A stretch of 64,000 bases of DNA from Octopus sinensis (taxonomy: Eukaryota). This document shows positions 13,404-27,141 of this stretch, in pieces. The notes beneath the pieces were generated by a model. It worked only from the letters and a program-made list of their open reading frames with translations. It was not told where the DNA came from and ran no database searches. The stretch is from contig NC_043002.1 in assembly GCF_006345805.1 (NCBI RefSeq), positions 117,242,001 through 117,306,000 on the forward strand. Reading direction: 5' to 3'. Each line of letters opens with the position of its first letter. Position 1 is the stretch's first letter. The position numbers and the translations under genes are program-made.

Positions 13404-13986
13404 CCTTTCTACTGGAAGTACAAGGTCTCAAATTTGGAGGAAGGGATTAAGTCAATTACATCAACCCTAATGCATAACTGGTACTTAATTTATTGATCCT
13501 GAAAGGATGAAGGGTAAAGTAGACCTTGGTGGAATTTGAACTCAGAGCGTAGTGACAGGTGAAATACCGTTAAGCACTTCATCCAGCATGCTAACAATTC
13601 TGCCAGCTTGCTGCCTTATATAATAATACTAACAATAATAATAATAATTCATTCTAATTTTGGCACAAGGCCAACGCAAGGGAGGATAAGTGATAAGTTG
13701 ATTATATTGACCCTAGTGCTCAACTGGTACTTATTTTTTGACCCCAAATGGATGAAAGGCAAGGTCAACCTCAGTGGAATTTGAACTCAGAACATAAATG
13801 CTGCTAAGCATTTTTCCAACATGCTAATCCCAATACAATCTATAATCAAAATATTTGATTATTGTATGAAAAATAAAATTGCTCAATGCTTATGTTAATT
13901 TTGTTTTGTTATCTTGTAGTAATAACAATATAAAACAGACTTTAAGAGAGAAAATTGGGAACAGGATACTAATACACCATATAATA

Positions 13987-14219
13987 CCTATTTCTTTACT
14001 ACCCACAAGGGGCTAAACACAGAGAGGACAAACAAGGACAGACAAACGGATTAAGTCGATTACATCGACCTCAGTGCGTAACTGGTACTTATTTAATCGA
14101 CCCCGAAAGGATGAAAGGCAAAGTCGACCTCGGCGGAATTTGAACTCAGAACGTATCGTCAGACGAAATAATACTAAGCGTTTTGCCCTGTGTGCTAACG
14201 TTTCTGCCAGCTCGACGCC
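13987..14219 (-). mobile_element. tRNA-derived SINE, family B
   Basis: Head GGCG..GAGCTGGCAGAA..GTTAGCAC and a B-box-like GAGTTCAAATTCC. Other copies at about 11860-12062, 13410-13616, 13655-13830, 14337-14497 (+), 18120-18297, 19243-19425 (+), 21468-21665 (+), 27931-28136 (+) and 45205-45377. Confidence 0.75.
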
Positions 14220-14913
14220 ATAAACTACCTGATGACAGTGACAGAACAGATGTTGTAATACAGAGAGCCAAAATAGATATGGTGATATGGTGATGTTCAT
14301 TTTATAAACATCACCATTTCACCATATAGATTTAATAAGGCAGCAAGCTGGCAGAATTGTTAGCACGCTGGATGGAGTGCTTAGCAGTATTTCACCTGTC
14401 ACTACGCTCTGAGTTCAAATTCCAACGAGGTCTACTTTACCTTTCATCCTTTCAGGATCAATAAATTAAGTACCAGTTATGCACTAGGGTTGATGTATAG
14501 TTCTTGTAGTGGTCTAAAGTAGCTAAGAAGTAATAGTGATAATACAAAGTATAGACACTGTAACATTTGATAATCTAGCACAAAAACTGGTGATACCAAG
14601 TGATATTAGATATGGCAAGTGGGTGTAGCCAATGTAACATGATAGTAGTTAAGATACCTTGGATAGTAAAACTAAAAGGCTGTGTTTAGTACAGCATATC
14701 AAAGTTGGTAGGATTTTAAATAGATGTTATGAACAGAAACAAACCTACAAAATGATTTTATAATTTCTCAAAACATTTGTTTCAATCACTGGACCACAAC
14801 CATGCTGGAAGATTGCCTTGAAGGATTTAATTGAACAACTTCACCCCACCCCCATATTTACTTATCAAGTCTGGTATTTTATTGGTGTCTGAAGCAGTTG
14901 GTATATGATAGAA

Positions 14914-16885
14914 TTATAAAACTTGTTTTACTCATGACTTATAAAACTTGTTTTGCTCATGACTTATAAAACTTGTTTTACTCATGACTTATAAAACTTG
15001 TTTTGCTCATGACTTATAAAACTTGTTTTACTCATGACTTATAAAACTTGTTTTGCTCATGACTTATAAAACTTGTTTTGCTCATGACTTATAAAACTTG
15101 TTTTACTCATGACTTATAAAACTTTGTTTTACTCATGACTTATAAAACTTGTTTTGCTCATGACTTATAAAACTTGTTTTACTCATGACTTATAAAACTT
15201 GTTTTGCTCATGACTTATAAAACTTGTTTTACTCATGACTTATAAAACTTGTTTTACTCATGAATTATAAAACTTGTTTTGCTCATGACTTATAAAACTT
15301 GTTTTGCTCATGACTTATAAAACTTGTTTTACTCATGACTTATAAAACTTGTTTTGCTCATGACTTATAAAACTTGTTTTGCTCATGACTTATAAAACTT
15401 GTTTTGCTCATGACTTATAAAACTTGTTTTGCTCATGACTTATAAAACTTGTTTTACTCATGACTTATAAAACTTGTTTTGCTCATGACTTATAAAACTT
15501 GTTTTACTCATGACTTATAAAACTTGTTTTACTCATGACTTATAAAACTTGTTTTACTCATGACTTATAAAACTTGTTTTGCTCATGACTTATAAAACTT
15601 GTTTTACTCATGACTTATAAAACTTGTTTCGTTCATGACTTATAAAACTTGTTTTACTCATGACTTATAAAACTTGTTTTACTCATGACTTATAAAACTT
15701 GTTTTGCTCATGACTTATAAAACTTGTTTTACTCATGACTTATAAAACTTTGTTTTGCTCATGACTTATAAAACTTGTTTTGCTCATGACTTATAAAACT
15801 TGTTTTACTCATGACTTATAAAACTTTGTTTTGCTCATGACTTATAAAACTTGTTTTGCTCATGACTTATAAAACTTGTTTTGCTCATGACTTATAAAAC
15901 TTGTTTTGCTCATGACTTATAAAATTTGTTTTGCTCATGACTTATAAAACTTGTTTTGCTCATGACTTATAAAACTTGTTTTGCTCATGACTTATAAAAT
16001 TGTTTTGCTCATGACTTATAAAACTTGTTTTGCTCATGACTTATAAAACTTGTTTTGCTCATGACTTATAAAACTTGTTTTGCTCATGACTTATAAAACT
16101 TGTTTTGCTCATGACTTATAAAACTTGTTTTGCTCATGACTTATAAAACTTGTTTTACTCATGACTTATAAAACTTGTTTTACTCATGACTTATAAAACT
16201 TGTTTTGCTCATGACTTATAAAACTTGTTTTGCTCATGACTTATAAAACTTGTTTTGCTCATGACTTAAAAACTTGTTTTGCTCATGACTTATAAAACTT
16301 GTTTTGCTCATGACTTATAAAACTTGTTTTGCTCATGACTTATAAAACTTGTTTTGCTCATGACTTATAAAACTTGTTTTGCTCATGACTTATAAAACTT
16401 GTTTTGCTCATGACTTATAAAACTTGTTTTGCTCATGACTTATAAAACTTGTTTTACTCATGACTTATAAAACTTTGTTTTGCTCATGACTTATAAAACT
16501 TGTTTTGCTCATGACTTATAAAACTTGTTTTGCTCATGACTTATAAAACTTGTTTTGCTCATGACTTATAAAACTTGTTTTGCTCATGACTTATAAAACT
16601 TGTTTTGCTCATGACTTATAAAACTTGTTTTGCTCATGACTTATAAAACTTGTTTTGCTCATGACTTATAAAACTTGTTTTGCTCATGACTTATAAAACT
16701 TGTTTTGCTCATGACTTATAAAACTTGTTTTGCTCATGACTTATAAAACTTGTTTTGCTCATGACTTATAAAACTTGTTTTGCTCATGACTTATAAAACT
16801 TGTTTTGCTCATGACTTATAAAACTTGTTTTACTCATGACTTATAAAACTTGTTTTGCTCATGACTTATAAAACTTGTTTTGCTC
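14914..16885. repeat. 25-bp minisatellite, about 79 copies (TTATAAAACTTGTTTTRCTCATGAC)
   Basis: Head-to-tail units without spacers, differing mainly by G/A at one position plus rare 1-nt indels. Confidence 0.97.
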
Positions 16886-16989
16886 CCAAGTAAAACAACT
16901 GTAACAATTATCAGCATCTGTATCACAGTCAGGGCTGATAGAGTAACAGAAAGGCTGTTTTTATGAGTCCCTTATGTAGACTATCTTGA

Positions 16990-17800
16990 TAACTGACAAT
17001 GGGTTCTGTAATGCAAATGACCTCATGATTTGCAATATGAACTTCAGGAAGCACCTCAGTGAACATACAAGCCAGATAGACTTTATTCTCATCAAAAGGC
17101 AAGAAATATAGAAACCCCCCAAAAAAGTAAGAAAGACTGTAAATGCCAAATCCTTCCAATGTAAGCATGACAGTAGGGAGAAGAAGAAGAAAAAGACTTA
17201 TAATGTACAGTCAAATTAGTAGTTTTTATGAAACAGTCTACTAAAGTTACAGGCCATATTCATGGCTTGTGCAAGGTCCCAGCTAAATACAAGGTAATTT
17301 GGTGGTAAAACAATACTGTAGACAGTGCCATGATAGAAAAAAGACAAGCTTGGAAAGATTGGAAGAGAGAGGGCAGTAAAGATACCAAATTGTAAAAGAA
17401 AATAAACATCAGGTAGTATACACAGCAAGGGGAGAGGCAGAAAAGGAAGTTTGCATGTGTTCAGCAATATGAGGATCAGAAGCACAAGGTGTTCTGCATT
17501 GCTAGACAATGTACTAGAGAAAGTCAAGATGTTATTTGGGAGAAGTGTATATGAAATGATTATGGCACACTTACTCGCACTGATGCTGATAAGAAGAACT
17601 ACATACAAGAGGCTGTTGACCCAAAAGAGAAATCAGCCATCCAAGCTCAGTAATGATAGCTAGAGCAATAAGGAGGAAAAGTAGCCAGGCATCAGGAATC
17701 GTCCTCAAGATAATTAAAAAATACTGGTAGTGTATGGAATAGTCACTCAAATAATAAATCAAGTAATACAGAAGAGAGTCATAGCCAATGATGGGCACTG
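16990..17800 (+). mobile_element. Old, degraded RTE LINE fragment (endonuclease C-terminus to pre-RT region)
   Basis: SQIDFILIKR-like endonuclease motif near 17070-17100. The 17460-17620 stretch aligns by eye with 5860-6040 of the young RTE. Confidence 0.55.
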
Positions 17801-19559
17801 CAGCATCATTATAAATTACTACAAGGCTAAGGGTAATGCACAAAGGTATCAAGCCAGATTATGAAAGTTACAGAAGAGTATGGAAAATAGCAGAAGAATT
17901 TATATTCTTTTGAGCCACTTAAAGACAGAAAAAACTTTAAAATTTTTTACTGCTTCTAACAATAACAAACTTGTACAAGGAGTTAACAGACAAATGAAAT
18001 ATACAGTGAAAATAAAGTTTGTGATTAAAAGAAAAATTTTGAGAAATCATGAATTATCTATGGATGGTTTAACAGCAGAATATAATAGGTGTCTGAAATA
18101 GCAATCTGTGTAATAGTTTTTTCCATAGACACAAGGCCTAAAATTTTTTAGAGGAAGGCACTAGTCTGTTGCATTAAGCTCAATGCTCAACTGGATGAAA
18201 GGCAAGTTGACTTTGGTGAAATTTGAAATCAGAATGTAAAGATGAAATGCTACAAACATTTTGCCCAGCATGCTAATGATACTGCCAGCTCACCTTAGCA
18301 ATCAGTGTAAAGATAATAAGTAAACAGTGTAAAAATGAGAGCAAAAGGCTATAAAAACAAGTTGATCAATAAATAGAACTTTTACTTTGAGATAAAGAAA
18401 TATGTCAACAACAAAAGAAAAAGTTACAAATTTGCTTATTGAAATCTGGTTAGTAGAGTTGTCATATAGTGTACAGATAACTCTTGGTTTTGAATAAAGA
18501 ATACTTTCAAAACAAAATCTGCATCAATTGGACAAGCTTTCCTGTATGCATAATGCATTGATTTAAAATGTGTATAATATACAGACGGAAAAAGGGAAAA
18601 TAGGAAAGCTTCTAGCAATGCGGAAAGTTTAAGAAAACCTTTATATTTCAGACACAAAGACCCATCCTCAGAAGAAAAACAATCTGGGAAAAGTCTAGTT
18701 ATACAGGTTCTGTTAAACTTGCCACATTGTCAGAAGCTTTCCTATTTTCCCTTTATCCCTTCTTCAATATTACAATGTTTCAAGCGAACTACAACACTTG
18801 TATGATATACATTTAAAATATGTATAATATATTGAGGTCTACCACAGCTGCAAAGCCACTTTTTTCTTGTTGTGAAAGGGATATAAAGATGACCTCAGCA
18901 TGATTTAAACTTAGAATGTAACAGGCCTTATCTATATATTACAAGGTATATTGTGTCACTCTCACAGTTCTCACATTTCCATGGCTTCAAACATGTGCAT
19001 AACAGATTAGTAAACAGAAAATCCATAAACAAAATCCTGTGAATCATTTCACCAACCTTCAGAGATATTTTATGAGACATTCTAAAATTAAGAAAATGAT
19101 CAAACATTGAAGTTTTCTAGAAATCAACATTCTACTGCAACAAAGTCTGAAGGAAACTTTAGTCGTTTCTCTGCAATGAAGCATGAGATTTGGGGATCAA
19201 TTAGACAGATCAGGGTTGTTTCTAATTAAAGCAAGTTGAAAGGCAGTGAGCTGGCAGAATTTTTACAATGCCAGACAAAATGCTTAGCAACATTTCATTT
19301 GTCTAATTATGCTAAATTCAAATTTTGCTGAAATCAGTAAAATAAGTACTACTTGAGCACTGAGGTCAATGTAATCAACTTCCCCTCCCCATAAAATTGC
19401 TGGCCTTGTGCCAAAATTAGAAAAGGAATATAAGTAAATTAAAGAAGACAAAAAAAAAGGTAAAACAAAGTAGAAAATACTTTGAAAGGAAAAGTAAATT
19501 GTAATTAGTTTTTGTTTAGCAAATCAGCTGGGGAAGGAAGGGCAATTCCTATGACATCT

Positions 19560-20600
19560 TTCAGAGTCTCTGAAAGTGGACAGAGGGAGCGAAAAGAGCA
19601 GATCCTTTGACATTTTTAAAGGTCTGGGGGTGGGCAGGGTGTACTATGTAGTATGTGCCTGTGTGTTGGACATTTCTGATAAGGCAGTGGTTGGATGACC
19701 TGATAAGTACAGAGATGATTACAGATCAAAAGAGTTGATACTCTTGATCTCCTTCTTACCTAATGTGAAAGCGATTGAAGGTATCTGGAATGTCTGTACA
19801 TCGATCTGGAATGTGAATAGGAGATAAAACAAGGTGTGAAGAGCTGAGAAAAGCAAATGATCTGGTTTCTGCACCAGAAGCATCAGTGCAGGATTAGTGT
19901 AAGAATAGTTGGTAGTTGTGAGCATTGAAGTCACTGAAGACTTGGGCTGTGGAGTCAGAGTTGGAAACAATTAAGGGGTAGTCCGGGTCGGTAAAACTAT
20001 ACCAACTCCAACTCATGATATCTTTATTCTTTAATATAAACCAGTTACAACGTATAGGCCTACTCAAAGTACAAGTGTATGCATATGCTTTATGAGATAT
20101 GTAGACCAACATCACTTAATTACATAAAGACGAGTTGGAGGTACCAATAGTAGATGAATCGAAGTCAGAGTCAAAGTTTTTTATTTTGACTCCACAGCCT
20201 TGCTGAAGACAATGACTTTGGAATGAGGAGAGTTAAGACAGATATTGACAATGCAGAAGAAATGGTCAAAGAATTGCTTGTGGTTTGAGGAACTTAGATA
20301 GCAATAGAGGGAGCAGATGTATTTAGGAGAATGAAGGAAGGAAACCCTGAGCCACAGAAGCTGAAAGTTATTATTAATGAAATCTAGGGATCTACATATT
20401 CAGAAACATAATCCTTGGGAGTAAAATTTGAATGAGTAAGTATCCTGGGCAATAGAGATGGGTTCATGACAGGGAAGGAGAAATTTGCATTTCTGAGAAA
20501 AACAGGATTGTAGTTTACATAAGAGGGACATGGCAGAAAGAAACCCTTTGAAGTTTAAAATTAGCTGATATTTAGATCTACTTTTTTTTAGAACTGATAG
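19560..20600 (-). mobile_element. Degraded APE-type LINE endonuclease fragment (L2/Jockey-like)
   Basis: Minus-strand DFNAHN motif (GDFNAH-like) near 19915-19935 within a composition-shifted block. Boundaries are approximate. Confidence 0.4.
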
Positions 20601-20826
20601 AACTTTAGGTGATGGTGCCTGGCAAGGTCACATGCTGGAAGTAATTGGTATGTCCTCTTACCTAGGTGAACAAATTAGCAGTAGAGGAGAGTGTTTCACA
20701 AACATAATGACCAGAATAAAAATAGGATGGGAAAAGTCTAGGGAGCTATTACTTCCACTGGTAACAAAAGGGATTCTCTCTTCAAATGAAATATGGATTA
20801 AATGATGTTTGTACACGAAATGTGAT

Positions 20827-21319
20827 TATTTACAATGGGTGGATAGGTGTCCTCACCTTGTTTGTTGTTATCACGTTTCGGCTGATGTACTTTCCAACCT
20901 TCGTCTAGTGTTCTGATGGAATTTCAAACCCAACCCTTTATTTGACTAATGGGGTACACTGTTCTCATTCCTAAGGTATGTTGCTGGTGTTATTTTTCTG
21001 TTGATATTATTTTTCAAGTCCCTGCCTGTGGGCATATAGTGTAGTGGATAAGAGCATGGGCTACTAACCCTCAGATTCTAAGTTCGATCCTAGGCAGGGA
21101 CATGAAAAATAATATCAAAAGGAAAATAACATCAGCAACCATACCTTAAGAATGAGAACAGTGTACCCCATTAGTCAAGTAAAGGATTGGGTTTGAAATT
21201 CCATCAGAACACCTGATGAAGCTGAAATGCTGTGATAACAACAAACAAGGTGAGGACAACAATCCATCCATTGTAAATAATGGATATAATTCCTCATTTC
21301 AAATATATAGAATAGTATT
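20827..21319. mobile_element. Palindromic tRNA-headed SINE (family C) with 12-bp TSD, inserted in an old RTE fragment
   Basis: TSD ACGAAATGTGAT at 20815-20826 and 21320-21331. Inverted arms at about 20825-21027 and 21092-21281. A-box TAGTGTAGTGG at 21037-21047 and B-box GTTCGATCC at 21082-21090. Confidence 0.8.
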
Positions 21320-23522
21320 ACGAAATGTGATGTTGCATTTTAACACAGGAAGAACACATGGACAATGTCCCAGATATACAAAAAGATGGAAAGGCCATGG
21401 TACAACTGCTTTTGATGATAAGTCTGTTCAATCAACGCCTGCTCCAATAATTAATATGTAAGCTAAGGCAGAGAGAGGCTGGCAGAATCAATATGCTTGG
21501 TGTCATTTTGTCTATCTTTACATTCTAAATTCAAATTCTGCAGAGATCGCTTTGTCATTCATCCTTTTGAAGTCGATAAAATAAGTACCAGTTGAGCATT
21601 GGATTGATGTAATTGAGTTACTCCCTCTCTCAAATTTGCTGGCTTTGTACCAAAATTTGAAACCAATAATTAATATGAAAGTTTCCAAATGTCATCACAT
21701 CTTTTAGTAAAATGAAAAAAATCTATTTTTTAATCAATCAAATTATACCATACATTAACAGATATGATGTTTCCTGTATCAATAATGAAATTAAAGTAAA
21801 TTAACTTTAAATTGGTATTAAAATGCCCAGCATAAAAAATTTTAAGCAACTATCTCTTAACTAACATTTAGTTTTGCTCAATTTACTGAGAAATTTTAAA
21901 TTAAGTCCATTCGTAATGAAGAATAGTAGTAGGAAGGTGTTTATGAAATATCAATATATAGCAGCACAAGATTTTGTATGCCACATCATCGTCATCATTT
22001 AGCATCTACTTTCCATGCTGGTATGGGTTAGATGGTTTGACTGAAACTGGTAAGCTGGAGAGCTGCATCAGGTTCCAATCTGATTTGGCATAATATATAC
22101 GGCTGGACGTCCTTCCTAATACCAAACACTCCAAGTGTGCAATGGGTCCTTTTTACCTGTCACTGGCACAGGTGCCAGTGACATGACATCAGCATCAGCC
22201 ACAACTAACAATAAAAAAGATCTTAATCACTAGACATGACAAAAACTCCTGGTTTCAGGTGACCTTCTCTAGAAATTTAGTATCTTGAAGATTATAAAAA
22301 GCACAACAAGATTTGATTTGTTCTTTGAACAATCGAAACACTTCAGCTCTCAGCAAATGTGTATAATATTCCAAATTCCTCAACTGGCACATCTAATATT
22401 GTGCACACTTCCTCCAATCACTGGTTTCCTAGAGTATATTGCAAAAAACAAACCATCTTCCAATTTACTTGATTGGAAACCTTTCTTTATTTCATATTTT
22501 CAATCATAATCCCATCATTATAGTGTTTCAGGAAAAATCAGATGTTGTGATCCTGAGTACTCTACATGTAAGAATTATACAAGTTGGCCAAAGCTGCAAT
22601 GTAGGGCAGAGTTTTTTTAACCAAATGTTCTTTTTGATGCCAACCCTCACCTGTCTCCAAGATAATCTTTCCCCATGAGCAAACATATTTTCATGATGAC
22701 ACTCGTTTACAACTACCATTTGATGTCAACACACACACACATGAGGCTCTTTTAGTTCCTGTCAACCAAATCCACTCACAAACCATTGGTCAGCCAGGGA
22801 CTTAAAGCAGAAGACACTTGCCCAAGGTGCTATGCAGTGGGACTGAACTCAGAACTATGTGGTTGAGAAACAAACTTTTTACCACACAGCCACACCTACA
22901 CCAACCAGTGTATTTATTTATTATGTCCACAAATGTTTAGAAATTCTAAACATGTTTATATAATCAAGCACAGGACATGTTATTTTGTAACATTCAGAAA
23001 CTCAAATAACATAGCATGTTTGTATAGATAAAAAAAGATTTTGTTTCAAATATTGTCTTCCAGGCTAAATTAACATTAGACAAGATTGCATTACCAATTA
23101 GCACATATCACTGGAAGTGGAGTATAATTTTCCTTGATTAGTTTTTAAATTTTTTTCTGAATCATCTTATGAGAAAATAATTCGTTACTTAGACACAAAA
23201 CCTGGGCAAATGAGGATGGCTATGGTAAAATATTTGCTGATATTATTTTTAGCTGTCTAGATAAGATAAACAGACCCAATTGAAGTTTGATAGAGCATCA
23301 CAAAGATATATTAAATGAACTTCATTTATACTCTGCAAAGTTTTAAGTTTACTTTAGTTTCAATTTCTCTATCCAGCAACTTAGGTAAATGTCTTCTATA
23401 GCCTCAGGTTGACCAACACTTTGTGAGTGAAATTTGATAGACAGAAACTATGCAGAAGCCACTTACCTATGCTACTATTATCTAGCTCTCTCTCTCTCTC
23501 TCTTTACATATTCTCATTACCA

Positions 23523-24236
23523 CCTGGGATGAAGTGGTGAAACACAACCTTCGAACATTAGGCCTCACCGAGGCAATGACTAGTGACTGAGACCTTTGGC
23601 AATATGCTGTGCTTGAGAAGACCCGGCAAGCCAAATGAGACCATAACCTCGTGGCCTATGCCAGGAGTGTAACCAGCCCACTTATGTGTACTTTTCCTTC
23701 ATTGGACACTAAACTCTACTTGCGAAGACCTGTCGAGGCAAGTGAAATTGAAATTGAAATCAAATTCGATGACTGGGGCATCCATGCTAGTGGAGCTCTA
23801 AGAGCACCATCTGAGTGTGATCGTTGCCAGAGCAGCTAACTGGCTTTCGTGTCCCAGTGGCACATAAAAAGCACCATTCAAGCATGATCGTTACCAGCGT
23901 CGCCTTACTGGCACTTGTGTTGGTGGCATGTGAAAAACATTAGAGTGAGGTCGTTGTCAGTGCTGCTGGACTGGCTCCTGTGCAGGCAGCATGTAAAAAA
24001 CACCATTTGAGTGTGGCTGTTGCCAGTACTGCCTGACTGGCCTTCATGCTGGCAGCACGTAAAAGCACCCACTATACTCTCAGAGTGGTTGGTGTTAGGA
24101 GGGCATCCAGCTGTAGACATTCTGCTAGATCAGACTGGAGCCTGGTGCAGCCATCTGGTTCGCCAGACCTCAGTCAAATCGTCCAACCCATGCTAGCATG
24201 GAAAGCGGACATTAAACGATGATGATGATGATGATT
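23523..24236 (+). mobile_element. RTE LINE 3' fragment (end of ORF2, 3' UTR, (GAT)n tail)
   Basis: WDEVVKHNLRTLGL-like ORF end followed by the same 3' UTR as 63040-63663. A possible short TSD TCATTAC/TCATTAT flanks it. Confidence 0.75.
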
Positions 24237-25804
24237 CATTATTTTCTCTCTCCCTCTTCTTCCAATACCCTCCTCTCCCTCTCACACCAGTCTATTCTCT
24301 GCAATCATCCCCTCATATTATCCAAAATAAACAGAGACATCTTAGCACTCTGTCATTTAAACTGGCTGTGTCTAACCGAAATATTATACCTGTTCTATGT
24401 TCAAACCAGCCATATCCAGTCTCTCACACCTTTCATACAATGTCATCCCAAAAGCAAATCATATCATGGAAATCTCGAAGCTACAAGATAATGCATAATT
24501 AATTCAAAACAATTTAAATAAATAAGCATTACATTTGCCAGAGTAATCTGAATGCTACTGGATTAGAGTAGTGAGGATCTTGGGACAAGACAACCTCACA
24601 AGCACTGGCATCACAATAAAGTACAACTGATGCATTTAGTAAAGTGGCGGATGAACAAACTGTGACATCTTGGCAGGGACACGACAACCACTCCAATCCT
24701 AGTAGCATAAAAAAATGAGCCCAGCATATTCTATAGTCTCAGATTGACCAACACTTTGTGAGTGAAATTTGATATACAGAAGTTATGCAGAAGCTATTTC
24801 CCTATGCTACTATTATCTATCTTTCTCTCTCTCTGTCTCTCTTTACATATTCTCATTACCAGTCATTACTTTCTCTCTCTCTCTCTCACCAGTCCATTCT
24901 CTGCAGAAACACATAAAATTCAAGAACATAGCCTCACCAGTGTTGGTGCTACAACAATATGCCCAAGTACACACTGTAAAATTCTTAACATTAGGAATGG
25001 TATTGAGCTTTAGAAACAATGACAAGTGAAAATAATGAAAGAGGTGTGGTTCTCTAGCCACACTGAAGAAGGCAGTAATACAAACAAGAACTGACTTAGA
25101 TCGTGAGAGCCCATCCAATCCATGCCAGCATGGAAAGCGGGTACAAATGATATTTATGTATATGCATGCGCGCACACACACACATAAACATGTATAAATA
25201 CACACACACACATAAACATGTATATATACACACACACACACACACACATAAACATGTATACACACACACACACACACATATAAACATGTATACACACACA
25301 TGGCACCTATAGCATAAAGCCACCACAAAACCTTAAGAGGATTTGAAAGATGGTAAGTGAAGTGAAAGAAGCTCGTCATGTGTGTGTGCATGTACAGGTG
25401 TGTACATGTGTTTATGTCTCTTTGTCTTGACATCATGTGATAGTTGTAAACAAGTGTCACCAGCATACAAGCAGTGTTATTTGTTTCCAATCTTCTTTGA
25501 AAACATGTCAATATTACCTTACTTGGAAACAGGTGAGGGTTGGCAATAGGAATGGCATCCAGCCATAGAAAATCTACCTCAAAGAATTCAATCTGACTTA
25601 TGAGAGCAAGCATGGAGAAATGGACATTAAAAGGATTAGTATATTATCATCACTATTTAGATCCATTTTCCATGTTGGTAGACACATACATACATATGCA
25701 TATACACGAGTACATGGTATTACTTAACTATGGTGTTATCTAGTATCCAGTGCAAACTACTTGGTAAGATTGGCTTTGATAGATCTATAACACTGTAATA
25801 TTTG

Positions 25805-25850
<46 letters not shown>

Positions 25851-26993
25851 GCATATATACATTCAAGTAAAGGTTATAAACTCCATTAAGGGATAGTAAA
25901 ATCCACAGAAAATACTGGTTAGTTACCAATCCATAGAGAGTTCAACATAAGGTAACCATATGAACCATGGTTCATATATTTAGTGAATAAGGAGAAATGG
26001 AAAGGTAATTAATAAAATATTATTTATTAATTATAAAATATTGAATCAAAACAGCTGTCAGAGATGTCGTCATATTTTATAATTAATAAATATGTATGTG
26101 TGTCCTATGTAGTTAAATGCACGCTACAATTCTTTACGTGTTAAACTGAAAATAATTCTTAATCGAATGAAAGTATAACTGCAATGAGAAACGTCTAGCG
26201 TTAGTGAAGATTAATTTCAAAAGAGTCAAGGGTGATAACTCTCAAACCGTCAAATTATCAGGAACTAAATGAAGATAATATTCCGAAAGGAATTATGTGG
26301 AAAATATATACTAGGTGGTGGTAACTATTGTCACAAAGCTCTAGATGTTTTGGTCTTATTAAACCTCCTTAACATAGTCATTGTTGCCAACGGATTCTAT
26401 GGAAAAAATAACTGCCAAGGGTGCCTTCAGTATGAAAGAGACATAGTTAAAAGCAGGTTATCATAATTTTGTGAAAAGAAAATATATTTTAATTTCTTTA
26501 ATTGATTAAAAATGTAGTCAACCTTAAGTATATAGCCTGCATTTAACTATATCTCTCTCATACACACCCGAAAAATTTTTCCAATGTGTGTGTTCGCGCG
26601 CGCATGTTTATGTTTACACAGTGTAAAACTCTGGGTTATGTTGTTCCCAGCCTAACTTAGAAACAGGCATCGATGAAATAAATATGTTTGCAATGAATAC
26701 TGAGATCGATATAGTGACTTAACACGAGCGTAGTTCAATGACATAGATCATTACAAGGCATACTACATTTTTTAAATCATTTCAAGGGAACTCCTATTTT
26801 GTATTGCATGAAACAAACGAGTGTTAACTTTCTACGGTTAAGTAGGGTTCTATACTAAATTGGAGCGATCTTTATTTTTTATAAGTGAACGTAAAGCTCG
26901 AGAAGTTCACGTTCAAATAACAAAGAAATGTAATTTATGTAAGATTAATAATTTAATTCTAAGATGCATTCCTATTTTTTACAATTATAGAAG

Positions 26994-27141
26994 CGTATTT
27001 AGTGGTTGCTGTTGTTTAGCCCACAGTTCAGCTCTAGTTCTCCTTGTGACCTTCCTATTTTTTCGTCAGGCAAGGTTTGACATTATTTAATGTCTCCTTT
27101 TATTTAAACTGGTAGGATTTGATTTGAGGGAGATTTGACTG
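26994..27141 (+). repeat. 148-bp inverted repeat, left arm
   Basis: Reverse complement of 29285-29432 with about 7 mismatches by manual alignment. Confidence 0.85.

Noticed and set aside
14914-16885. CRISPR array
   Set aside because: Units abut with no unique spacers, the context is eukaryotic and there are no cas genes.
21018-21101. Functional tRNA gene (also 46800-46862)
   Set aside because: The D and T arms are degenerate, the anticodon would be ACT, and the sequence is fused to a SINE body.
24843-25613. 256-aa ORF and other YI/CV/HT-rich ORFs
   Set aside because: They are read-throughs of (TA)n/(CA)n microsatellites and SINE pieces.
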